Assembly (NCBI GenBank): GCA_963829525.1
Contig: CAWHIJ010000003.1
Span: 1,184,001-1,248,000 of the forward strand
Direction: 5' to 3'
Source of the DNA: an uncultured Actinomycetota bacterium
GTDB lineage: Bacteria > Actinomycetota > Actinomycetes > JAHEKZ01
DNA length: 64,000 bases
Shown here: positions 31,371 through 39,078 of the stretch, piece after piece
Layout of the letters: the number at the start of each line of letters is the position of its first letter
How positions within the stretch are numbered: the stretch's first letter is position 1
Program-made: the position numbers and the translations under genes
Notes under the pieces: model-generated
The model's database searches: none
Told to the model about the DNA's origin: nothing
Seen by the model: the letters and a program-made list of their open reading frames with translations, nothing else

Positions 31371-32641
31371 TGACGATGACGACGTCAGCTCAAGGATGCG
31401 GGTGCCCCGACTACGGAATGTCTCGACGAGCCTTTCTGGGACGTCTCGGCGCGGTGGGAGCGCTCGCCGGGCTCACCTCCACAGGGCTCTCCACCCAGAT
31501 GGCGTTCGCTGCCGAGCCGTACACCGGTGACGTGCTTGTCGTGCTGTCGCTGCGCGGCGGCTTCGACGGCCTCAACACGATCGTGCCAACGGGAGATCGG
31601 CGATATGCCGAGGTTCGGCCATCGATAGGGATCCCGCAGAACGCCCTGCTACCACTGGACCCGATGTTCGGGATTCACCCGGCCATGCAGCCGTTGATGC
31701 CTTGGTGGGAGTCGGGGACGTTTGGTGCCGTGCAGGCTGTTGGCATGACCAACCAGACCCGCTCGCACTTCGAGGCAATGGAGGAGATGGAACGTGCAGC
31801 GCCTGGATCGTCGGTGCGCTCGGGGTGGTTGGACCGGACTCTGGGACTCCGCGACGCCGGATCGGCATTTCAGGCGGTACAGATGGGCAGCAGCCTTCCA
31901 GCGTCTGCCTTCCGCGGGCCGTCGCCAGAGCTGGCCATGTGGTCGCTCAAGGACTTCGAACTCTCCGGTGCCTGGGACCTGCCCGAGCGGCAACGCTGGA
32001 CCGAGGCGCTGACTTCGTTGCACACCGGCGCCCCCGTGATGGTCGGGGCGCCGGCGTCGACGACCCTGTCGGCGCTGTCTGATGCAGCGCAGATGCAGGA
32101 TGCGGGGTACATCCCTGACGCCACGTACCCGGACACCGACCTCGGACGCGCTTTGCGAGACGTTGCTCGCGTCATCAAGTTCGACGTCGGTCTGCAGGTC
32201 GCAGCTGTCGACTATGGCGACTGGGACATGCATACCGACATGGGAACGGTGGATTCCGGCTGGTTGGCCGACAAGCTCGGAGAGCTGGCGTCATCGATGG
32301 CAGCGTTCGCCACCGATCTTGGCGCACGCTTTGCTGATGTCACCGTCGTCACGCTCACCGAGTTCGGTCGCAGCCTCGTCGAGAACGGGTCTGGCGGCGT
32401 CGACCATGGCCATGGACAGGCGGTGCTGCTGCTTGGCGGCGGCGTTCAAGGCGGGAAGGTGCATGGAACCTGGCCAACGCTAGAGGAAGGCGCCTTGGCC
32501 GGGGGAGACCTCGCGGGGACCACCGACTATCGGCAGATTCTCGCCGAAATCCTCGAGAAGAGGTGTCAGGGATCGCAGATGTCGTCGGTCTTTCCGGACC
32601 TGACAGCGAACCGGCTGGGTGTGGTCAGAGCTCGGGGCTGA
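31370..32641 (+). CDS. DUF1501 family protein, Tat-exported
   Basis: SRRAFL signal; LRGGFDGL, RSHF, WDMH, TEFGR, DHGHG, TTDYR. Confidence 0.93.
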   Translation: MTMTTSAQGCGCPDYGMSRRAFLGRLGAVGALAGLTSTGLSTQMAFAAEPYTGDVLVVLSLRGGFDGLNTIVPTGDRRYAEVRPSIGIPQNALLPLDPMFGIHPAMQPLMPWWESGTFGAVQAVGMTNQTRSHFEAMEEMERAAPGSSVRSGWLDRTLGLRDAGSAFQAVQMGSSLPASAFRGPSPELAMWSLKDFELSGAWDLPERQRWTEALTSLHTGAPVMVGAPASTTLSALSDAAQMQDAGYIPDATYPDTDLGRALRDVARVIKFDVGLQVAAVDYGDWDMHTDMGTVDSGWLADKLGELASSMAAFATDLGARFADVTVVTLTEFGRSLVENGSGGVDHGHGQAVLLLGGGVQGGKVHGTWPTLEEGALAGGDLAGTTDYRQILAEILEKRCQGSQMSSVFPDLTANRLGVVRARG

Positions 32642-32656
32642 CCACACCCAACCGGT
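32610..32656. terminator. 19-bp-stem hairpin over the DUF1501 stop codon
   Basis: ACCGGCTGGGTGTGGTCAG and CTGACCACACCCAACCGGT are 18/19 complementary; lies between convergent genes. Confidence 0.7.
32624..32648 (+). repeat. 25-bp direct repeat, copy 1
   Basis: GTCAGAGCTCGGGGCTGACCACACC, identical to 34261-34285. Confidence 0.95.
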
Positions 32657-32668
32657 CCACCAGCGAAC

Positions 32669-34048
32669 CTACGGGAGGGGTGCGAAGCGGATCCCACGGT
32701 GGTACTCGCCGTTGAAGCGAACTCCGTCAGTCACAAACCAGACTCCGGCTTCGGTCGGCAGGACCTGATAGCCGCCTGATTGCTGCGGCATGTTCGGGTT
32801 CCAATCGAGTGCCGCGCTCGGCACGGCATGCAGGTCGCCCGCGCGTGCGTAGCCCCCGGGGTTGGGGCTGATGGCGCCCCCGCCCAACCGGTCCTTGCCG
32901 CCATCGTTCTTGAAGTCTCGGCCGTAGGGGTTCTCCAGCCAGCGGCTGTGACCTTGGACGTAGACGGCTGCACCGGTGACCGCCACGGACTTGATCGAGT
33001 CTCCGCCCGAATAGTTGATCCATGTCGGCTGCGTCGGGTTCAGGCTGCTGGTCTCGAAGCGGGCGACGGCATCGCAGATCTGATACCAACGACGGTTGCC
33101 CGCATCGTTGATGGGCAGGTCGTAGCCCTGGTACATGAACCCGAAGGCAGCAAGGGCGAACCATTGGCTGTTGGGCGCGAAGTCGACGTCCTGGATGTAG
33201 GAGATCGCGTTCCTGCGCGTGGAGGTACACGGCTCAGCAAGTGGCTCGTAGTTCCAGCTGGAAAGCGTTGCGCCGGCAGTAGTCAGGTCGAGCATGAAGA
33301 CCCGCGGCCGCGGCTGCCCCTGCACGTCGGTGAAGTTGCCAACGGCCACGAGGTGCTGGCCATCTGAGCTGATGTCGAACTTGAAGACCTGAGGACTGTC
33401 GCTGGGAGCGTTGTTCGCCCCCACGAGCTTGCCGGTGACCGTAAGCGAGGTGGGGATGTAGTTGGTGACACCGCCGGTGTTGGGGTTCACCGACATGAGT
33501 CGACGTGGGAAGGTGCCGGCGAGCACGAGGTTCCCATCCTGCGTCGCCATGTCGGTGACCCGCCCGCCCTTGAAGGGGGACTTGAAGCTCGAGTCGAGCG
33601 CACCGGTTGCAAGATCCAACTTGGCCACAGCAGCGCTAGCGACACCGTTGACCGTGGTGAAGTTGCCGCCGAGGTAGACCGAGGTGCCGTCGGAGAGCAC
33701 CGACCACACTTCACCGTTGACATTAGGGGCGAAGGTCTTGTTGATCACGCCGTCGGTGGCGCCGAAAGCGACCACGTTTGACCGGTCGAACTGCGTGGTG
33801 CCCGGGTTCTGTTCGACCCTGGAGAAGCGGCCGCCGACGACCATCTGGTTGCCTGCCTCGGCAATGGAGTACGCCACAGGCTTCGGCAGACCCGACACCT
33901 GGACGAGGTCCGGCGTCCAGTTGACCGGGTCGGTGCTGACGACAGTCGTATGTTCGAAATCGGACGCGTCCGCGATCCCGACGGCTGTCAGAACCAGCGC
34001 AAGCGATGCGGTCGCGCCCACGGACCTGATGATCAGCGAACTCTTCAT
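32669..34048 (-). CDS. Secreted beta-propeller-like protein (delta-60-like repeats)
   Basis: Sec signal ending ADA-S; repeats VVGGRF, YLGGNFTTVNG, AVGNFT, WNP. Confidence 0.75.
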   Translation of the reverse strand: MKSSLIIRSVGATASLALVLTAVGIADASDFEHTTVVSTDPVNWTPDLVQVSGLPKPVAYSIAEAGNQMVVGGRFSRVEQNPGTTQFDRSNVVAFGATDGVINKTFAPNVNGEVWSVLSDGTSVYLGGNFTTVNGVASAAVAKLDLATGALDSSFKSPFKGGRVTDMATQDGNLVLAGTFPRRLMSVNPNTGGVTNYIPTSLTVTGKLVGANNAPSDSPQVFKFDISSDGQHLVAVGNFTDVQGQPRPRVFMLDLTTAGATLSSWNYEPLAEPCTSTRRNAISYIQDVDFAPNSQWFALAAFGFMYQGYDLPINDAGNRRWYQICDAVARFETSSLNPTQPTWINYSGGDSIKSVAVTGAAVYVQGHSRWLENPYGRDFKNDGGKDRLGGGAISPNPGGYARAGDLHAVPSAALDWNPNMPQQSGGYQVLPTEAGVWFVTDGVRFNGEYHRGIRFAPLP

Positions 34049-34190
34049 GCATTCCCCCATAGATTTGACTTGCCGCTCGACTGTTTGCCTTGGCGCGACA
34101 CAACTTCGACCCTGCGGGTCGAGGGTCGTGCATCCAGTCTTACCCACGAGCTGTCAAAAAAAACCCAGTTCACGCAAATCGCACCGCTCC

Positions 34191-34205
34191 GTCACGCTGC
34201 GTCAC
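34191..34205. promoter_or_regulatory. BldD-box-like palindrome
   Basis: GTCACGCTGCGTCAC fits the Streptomyces BldD consensus NTNACNCWGNGTNAN at every defined position. Confidence 0.45.
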
Positions 34206-34260
34206 GACCACCGCTTGTAGGCATGTGAGCTGATTCATGGGCTGCGGTCTTCTGGCGTCA

Positions 34261-34285
34261 GTCAGAGCTCGGGGCTGACCACACC
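34261..34285 (+). repeat. 25-bp direct repeat, copy 2 (globin 3' end)
   Basis: Identical to 32624-32648. Confidence 0.95.
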
Positions 34286-34678
34286 TGCCGGTTCTTCGAT
34301 GGTGTTCACCAGCGAGTGGGCGGCCATCAGCAGGTAGTTCCACAATTCGGCGTCAAGGTCGTCTGCCAGCTCGAGGGAGTCGACGGCCGTTCGCATGTGA
34401 AGGAGCCACTGGTCGCGAGCGAGGGCGTCCACCCGGTAGGGGGCGTGCCGCATGCGCAGCCGGGGGTGCCCGCGCTGATCGGAGTAGCTCGTGGGCCCAC
34501 CCCAGTACTGCTCAAGGAACATCCGTAGACGATCGGCAGCCGGCCCGAGGTCCTGCTCGGGATAGAGCGGTCGGAGCACTTCATCGTCTGCGACGCCCTC
34601 GTAGAAGACCGTGACAAGTCGGGTAAAGGCTGGACCGCCACCGATGCGATCAAAGAGTGTTTGCTGCGATGCGTCCAC
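34262..34678 (-). CDS. glbO: Group II truncated hemoglobin
   Basis: RLRMFLEQYWGGP, RGHPRLRMRH, AAHSLVN. Confidence 0.93.
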   Translation of the reverse strand: MDASQQTLFDRIGGGPAFTRLVTVFYEGVADDEVLRPLYPEQDLGPAADRLRMFLEQYWGGPTSYSDQRGHPRLRMRHAPYRVDALARDQWLLHMRTAVDSLELADDLDAELWNYLLMAAHSLVNTIEEPAGVVSPEL

Positions 34679-34727
34679 GTGGGTGATTCTTTCAGGTCCA
34701 CTCGAGCGCGAGCTACCGACCCACCAT

Positions 34728-35657
34728 TCACATTGCAGGACCCGCCTGAGCTGGATCCTCCGGTGGTGGCATGCCCTGGTAGGGCGTCGGCACTTCGGCG
34801 TTCTCGAGCGCCTTCATGGCGCGAACCCGGATCTCACGTGCGACGGAAACCTGTTGTTCGTGGACGGTGTGCAGGCGGATCCGCATGGTGACCGCGGTCG
34901 AAGTGATCGACTCAACACCGACGATTGGCTCGTCGGGCATGATTCGATTGGTCCACTCAGGGTCTCGCTGAAGCTGGGTGACCGTCCGGAGAAGTACCTC
35001 TTTGGCGTGATCGAGATCGGCTGCGTGGCCTACTGGCACGTCGACAACTGCGACTGACCAACCTTGGCTACGGTTTCCCAGCTCGGTGACCGAACCGTTT
35101 GTGACGTACCAGACCGTGCCGTCGAAGTCGCGCACGGTCGTAATCCGAAGCCCGACGTCTTCAACCTTTCCGGTGATCCCGTTGACCGTCACCACATCGC
35201 CGACGCCGTACTGGTTCTCGAGGATCATGAAGACGCCAGAGAGAAAGTCGCGGACGATCGTCTGAGCGCCAAATCCGATCGCGATACCAGCGATACCGGC
35301 ACTGGCCAGAAGGGGAGCGATGTTGACCCCGACCGCGTTCAAGGCAAAGAGGATCGCGACGGCGGCGATGACGAAGGTGCCAACCGAACTGAGCATCCCC
35401 GACACCGCGGTGGCGCGCGCCCGGTAACGCTCGATCGCCATATCCCGATCGCGTGGCGACTCTTTGTCACCGGTGAGGTAGCGCGTGACGGCTGACTGGG
35501 TGAACGTGGCGGTGGTTCGCCGGACGAATCGGTGCCAGATCCATCTGGCCACCAGGGCAAGCACCACGATGATGGCGACGGAGATGATCGATCCGTACCA
35601 CGTGTCGAAGAAGCGCTGCACCACTTCTATCGTGGTCTCGTCGATCGTGATTGGCAT
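34728..35657 (-). CDS. Small-conductance mechanosensitive channel
   Basis: ASAGIAGIAIGFGAQTIVRDFLSG, ENQYGVGD, NG..V..LGNRS. Confidence 0.93.
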   Translation of the reverse strand: MPITIDETTIEVVQRFFDTWYGSIISVAIIVVLALVARWIWHRFVRRTTATFTQSAVTRYLTGDKESPRDRDMAIERYRARATAVSGMLSSVGTFVIAAVAILFALNAVGVNIAPLLASAGIAGIAIGFGAQTIVRDFLSGVFMILENQYGVGDVVTVNGITGKVEDVGLRITTVRDFDGTVWYVTNGSVTELGNRSQGWSVAVVDVPVGHAADLDHAKEVLLRTVTQLQRDPEWTNRIMPDEPIVGVESITSTAVTMRIRLHTVHEQQVSVAREIRVRAMKALENAEVPTPYQGMPPPEDPAQAGPAM

Positions 35658-35677
35658 GGTGTGAGAACGCTACTGCC

Positions 35678-37774
35678 TCATGCGTCCCAGTCGAGGCCGG
35701 TCTGGGCTGCGGCGAAGGCCAGCGTGTCCACTGAGAGCTCGACGGCGCGGGTGACGGCTCGGGCGCCGTGGCCGACGTCAGACTCGCGTCGCACGAGAAT
35801 GGGTCGGGTGCCGCTCGTTGCGTGCTGCAGCGCCGCAGCCATCTTGCGGCCGTGGAGCGGGTCTACCCGAGTGTCGCCATCGAAGATCGTGAACAGCGTT
35901 GCCGGGTAGTCCACCCCGTCGCTGACGTGGTGGTACGGCGAGTACGAGAGCAGCCAGCCGAGCTCGGTGGAGTCGGCTGCGGTGCCGTACTCGTCCGACC
36001 ACGTCGGGCCGAGGCCGTGCTGTTCGTAGCGGACCATGTCGAGCAGCGGAGCGGCGCAGATGACAGCGGCATACAGGTCTGGACGTTGGGTGAGGGCGGC
36101 CCCGACGAGCAGCCCGCCATTCGATCCCCCAGAGATGGTCAGCTGGTCGTTCGTGGTGACACCGTTGTTGATGAGCCACTCGGCAGCTGCGTGGAAGTCA
36201 TCGAAGACGTTCTGCTTGGTGTCGCGCATTCCGTCGCGGTGCCAGTCCTCACCCTCCTCGCCGCCACCCCGCAGGTTGGCAACGACATATACCCCACCGG
36301 CTTCCACCCAAGCGAGAACCGTCGCCGAGTAGGCGGGCGTCAGCGGAACGCCGAAGCCGCCGTAGCCGTTCAGGATGGTCGGTGCTGGACCAGGAGCTGT
36401 GTCCGACCTGCGAATGACGAACATACGGACATCGGTACCGTCCTTGGACTGGTACACGACCTGCTCTGACGTGGCCGGTGGAACCTCGACGGACCCGGGT
36501 GGTTTGGCCCAGAGTGTGGTGGCGTCAGTGCGCGCGTCGTAGTGGTAGACCGATGGTGGAGTGACATGGTCGGTGTAGCCGAACCACGCCTCGTGCCCAC
36601 CCTCTGGTCGGTCGGTGACTCCGGCCACGGTGCCCAGCCCTGGCATCGGGACCGATCCGGTCTCCGCGCCGGTCCGGAGGTCATGGCGGTGGATCCGTCC
36701 GACGGCGTGATGGCTTCTGACCACCAGCAGGACCGGGTCGGGTAGCGCGTCGCCGTCGAGGATCGACCACCCTTCCAGGACGGCTTCGGGGTCCTCTGGT
36801 ACCAGGTCACGCCATTCGTCGAGCGACCAGATGCCGGGTTCGGTGACGAGAATGCGACCGCGTGGTGAGCCAGCGTTGGTGTACGCGTAGATCAAGCCAT
36901 CGCGTCCGAAGTGCAGGGATGTCTGGGCGTCCACGCCTTCCTGGAGGGTGATGAGGTCGGGCTTGTCTGGCGATGAGGCTGAGATGTCGGCTACCCACAG
37001 GTCGTTGCGGGGCTCGGTGCCTGCGGAGGCAGCGATGGACAGCCAGCGGCCATCTCGGCTGACGCTCACGTCGTAGTAGTTGGTGGCATCGAGACCGTCT
37101 CCGAACACAAGTGTGTCGGTGTCTGCGTCAGTGCCAACGCGGTGCAGCCACACCCTCCGGTGGAACTGTTCCTCGCCGTCGGGAACCCGGTCGGCTGGTA
37201 GCCGACGGACGAAGTAGTAGGACTCGCCACCGGGCAGCCAAGCAACGGGGGAGTAGCGGGCCCGATCGATGGGGCCATCGACGGTTTCTCCGGTGGCGAC
37301 GTCCATGACGCGCAGGACCGATTCCTCGGTGCCACCCTCGGACAGCTGGTAGGCCAGCAGGTGGCCCTCCTTGGTCGGCTGCCAGGTGTCGAGCGTCGTG
37401 GTACCCGTGGAGTCGATCTCCATCGGGTCGAGCAGGGTCCGTTCGGTGCCGTCGGCCTCGATCACGATCAGAACCGCGTGCTCCTGGTCGGCGCTCCGGC
37501 GCATCAGGAACTGCCGGTCTCCGCGCCAGACGGGAGCTGTCACCACCCCGGCGCCCACGAGTTCGGAGACGCGACGTCGTACGTGCTCCTTGTCCGGCCA
37601 GGTGTCGCGAGCAGCAGCGAAGAGCGCGTCTTGCATCTTCGACCACGACTCCGTACGTGGGTCTGCGGCGTCCTCGAGCCAGCGATACGGGTCGGGGACG
37701 ACGTGGCCGTGCAGGGTGTCGATGAGGGGCAGGCGCTCGGCATCGGGATACACGAGGCGGGTGGTGTTGCGCAT
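35678..37774 (-). CDS. Prolyl oligopeptidase (S9A)
   Basis: DPYRWLE, GYGGF, GGSNGGLL, DTRVDP, GHG; start taken at ATG 37774. Confidence 0.95.
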   Translation of the reverse strand: MRNTTRLVYPDAERLPLIDTLHGHVVPDPYRWLEDAADPRTESWSKMQDALFAAARDTWPDKEHVRRRVSELVGAGVVTAPVWRGDRQFLMRRSADQEHAVLIVIEADGTERTLLDPMEIDSTGTTTLDTWQPTKEGHLLAYQLSEGGTEESVLRVMDVATGETVDGPIDRARYSPVAWLPGGESYYFVRRLPADRVPDGEEQFHRRVWLHRVGTDADTDTLVFGDGLDATNYYDVSVSRDGRWLSIAASAGTEPRNDLWVADISASSPDKPDLITLQEGVDAQTSLHFGRDGLIYAYTNAGSPRGRILVTEPGIWSLDEWRDLVPEDPEAVLEGWSILDGDALPDPVLLVVRSHHAVGRIHRHDLRTGAETGSVPMPGLGTVAGVTDRPEGGHEAWFGYTDHVTPPSVYHYDARTDATTLWAKPPGSVEVPPATSEQVVYQSKDGTDVRMFVIRRSDTAPGPAPTILNGYGGFGVPLTPAYSATVLAWVEAGGVYVVANLRGGGEEGEDWHRDGMRDTKQNVFDDFHAAAEWLINNGVTTNDQLTISGGSNGGLLVGAALTQRPDLYAAVICAAPLLDMVRYEQHGLGPTWSDEYGTAADSTELGWLLSYSPYHHVSDGVDYPATLFTIFDGDTRVDPLHGRKMAAALQHATSGTRPILVRRESDVGHGARAVTRAVELSVDTLAFAAAQTGLDWDA

Positions 37775-37860
37775 ATCGCCCAGCCTAGGGGGCGGTGGAT
37801 CGGGCTCGACGGGGGTTATTGGTGGCACCGGGCCGTGACTCGCGTCACACTGGTCCTGCC

Positions 37861-38418
37861 ATGTCTCGAGCGTTGGTGTTGAACGCCACATACGAGCCGC
37901 TCTGCGTCGTCGCTGACCGCCGAGCGCTTGTCCTTGTGCTGGCGCAGAAGGCTGATGCAGTGGAGCAGACCGATCGAGTGGCGCGAAGCGAGCACCGCAC
38001 AGAGCCACTGCCGTCGGTGGTTCGACTCATCCGTTACGTGCGGGTGCCGCGTCGGGCCGCTCTTCCGCTTACCCGGAGGGCCGTCTTCGCCCGCGATGGC
38101 GGGCGATGTGTCTACTGCGATCTTCCGGCGACGAGCCTGGATCATGTAGTCCCGCGCAGCCGCGGAGGGCTGCACGTCTGGGAGAACGTCGTCTCGGCCT
38201 GTCGCCGGTGTAACCACGTCAAGGCCGACCGCAGCATCTCCGACCTCGGCTGGCGGATGCGACACGCACCGTTTCAGCCCATGGGGCCAGCCTGGCGGAT
38301 CCTCGGCTCCGGTCGCGCCGACCCGGCGTGGGTTCCCTATCTGGTCGACCATGCGGGTGGTGGCAACGGCCATGCAGCGGGTCGGGCCGTGCTGGAGCAC
38401 CTGGCTCTGCCTGCCTAG
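37861..38418 (+). CDS. HNH endonuclease (Rv2469c-like)
   Basis: LVLNATYEPL, CVYC, DHVVPRSRGG, CRRCN. Confidence 0.93.
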   Translation: MSRALVLNATYEPLCVVADRRALVLVLAQKADAVEQTDRVARSEHRTEPLPSVVRLIRYVRVPRRAALPLTRRAVFARDGGRCVYCDLPATSLDHVVPRSRGGLHVWENVVSACRRCNHVKADRSISDLGWRMRHAPFQPMGPAWRILGSGRADPAWVPYLVDHAGGGNGHAAGRAVLEHLALPA

Positions 38419-38474
38419 GCACTGATCAGGGGAGGGGTGGGCGCTCGGGCGGCGGGTTCGGTTACCGTGACGAC

Positions 38475-38696
38475 ATGTCCACTGTCGAGATCTTGGGCTG
38501 GTTCGTCCTCCTGCCCATCGCGCTCTATGTCCTGATCAGCCTGCTGGTGTACATCCCGTCGTGGGTTCGTGGCCCGAAGTACCGCCCGGGACTGTCGTGG
38601 TGGGCAGAGCCGGTGTGGATCGGCGGCTCCGATCTTGATGCGGCCGCGCTGGCCGAACCCGTTCGCGAAGGGGGTGGCTGCAGTGCCCGCTGGTGA
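38475..38696 (+). CDS. Small membrane protein, cytochrome aa3 oxidase subunit CtaJ-like
   Basis: One TM helix, YRPG..W..EPVW, GG.SARW C-terminus; precedes DUF5130. Confidence 0.75.
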   Translation: MSTVEILGWFVLLPIALYVLISLLVYIPSWVRGPKYRPGLSWWAEPVWIGGSDLDAAALAEPVREGGGCSARW

Positions 38697-39078
38697 AGCC
38701 TTCTCAGCAGGTCAGGTCGACGCCATCGAGCGTGCCATCACCCACGCCTACACCGAGAGCGACCTCCGTTACTCGGTGTTCGTCGGGGCGCCCGATGGCG
38801 ACCTTCGGGAACAGGGGCGCCAGCTACTGGGCGCCCTTGGCGACGATGCCGATCGTTCGGTCGTCGTCGTCATTGACCCTGCGCACCGACGCCTCGAGAT
38901 CCTCACCGGTGCGACGGCTGCGCGCTATCTCGACGATCGCGCCACCGCGCTCGGTGCGATGTCCATGACGTCGTCGTTCGCAGCAGGTGACCTCGCCGGT
39001 GGCATCGTGGCCGGGCTGCACACCTTGAGCGAGCATGCGCGGCACCCGCGCACCCTGCACTCCGACCTTGCCGACTAG
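38683..39078 (+). CDS. DUF5130 / TPM-like protein (Rv2468c-like)
   Basis: GEAFS, SVFVG, DP..RRLEILTG, MTSSFAAGDLAGGI. Confidence 0.85.
   Translation: MPAGEAFSAGQVDAIERAITHAYTESDLRYSVFVGAPDGDLREQGRQLLGALGDDADRSVVVVIDPAHRRLEILTGATAARYLDDRATALGAMSMTSSFAAGDLAGGIVAGLHTLSEHARHPRTLHSDLAD

Noticed and set aside
37774-38008. N-terminal extensions in the ORF track (prolyl oligopeptidase to 38008; similarly ALDH to 8229 and clpP1 from 58821)
   Set aside because: They overlap neighbouring genes or promoter regions; downstream starts match family N-termini or have an RBS.
37861-38418. HNH nuclease as a mobile or defence element
   Set aside because: It sits in the conserved globin-HNH-DUF5130-pepN backbone position (Rv2469c-like).
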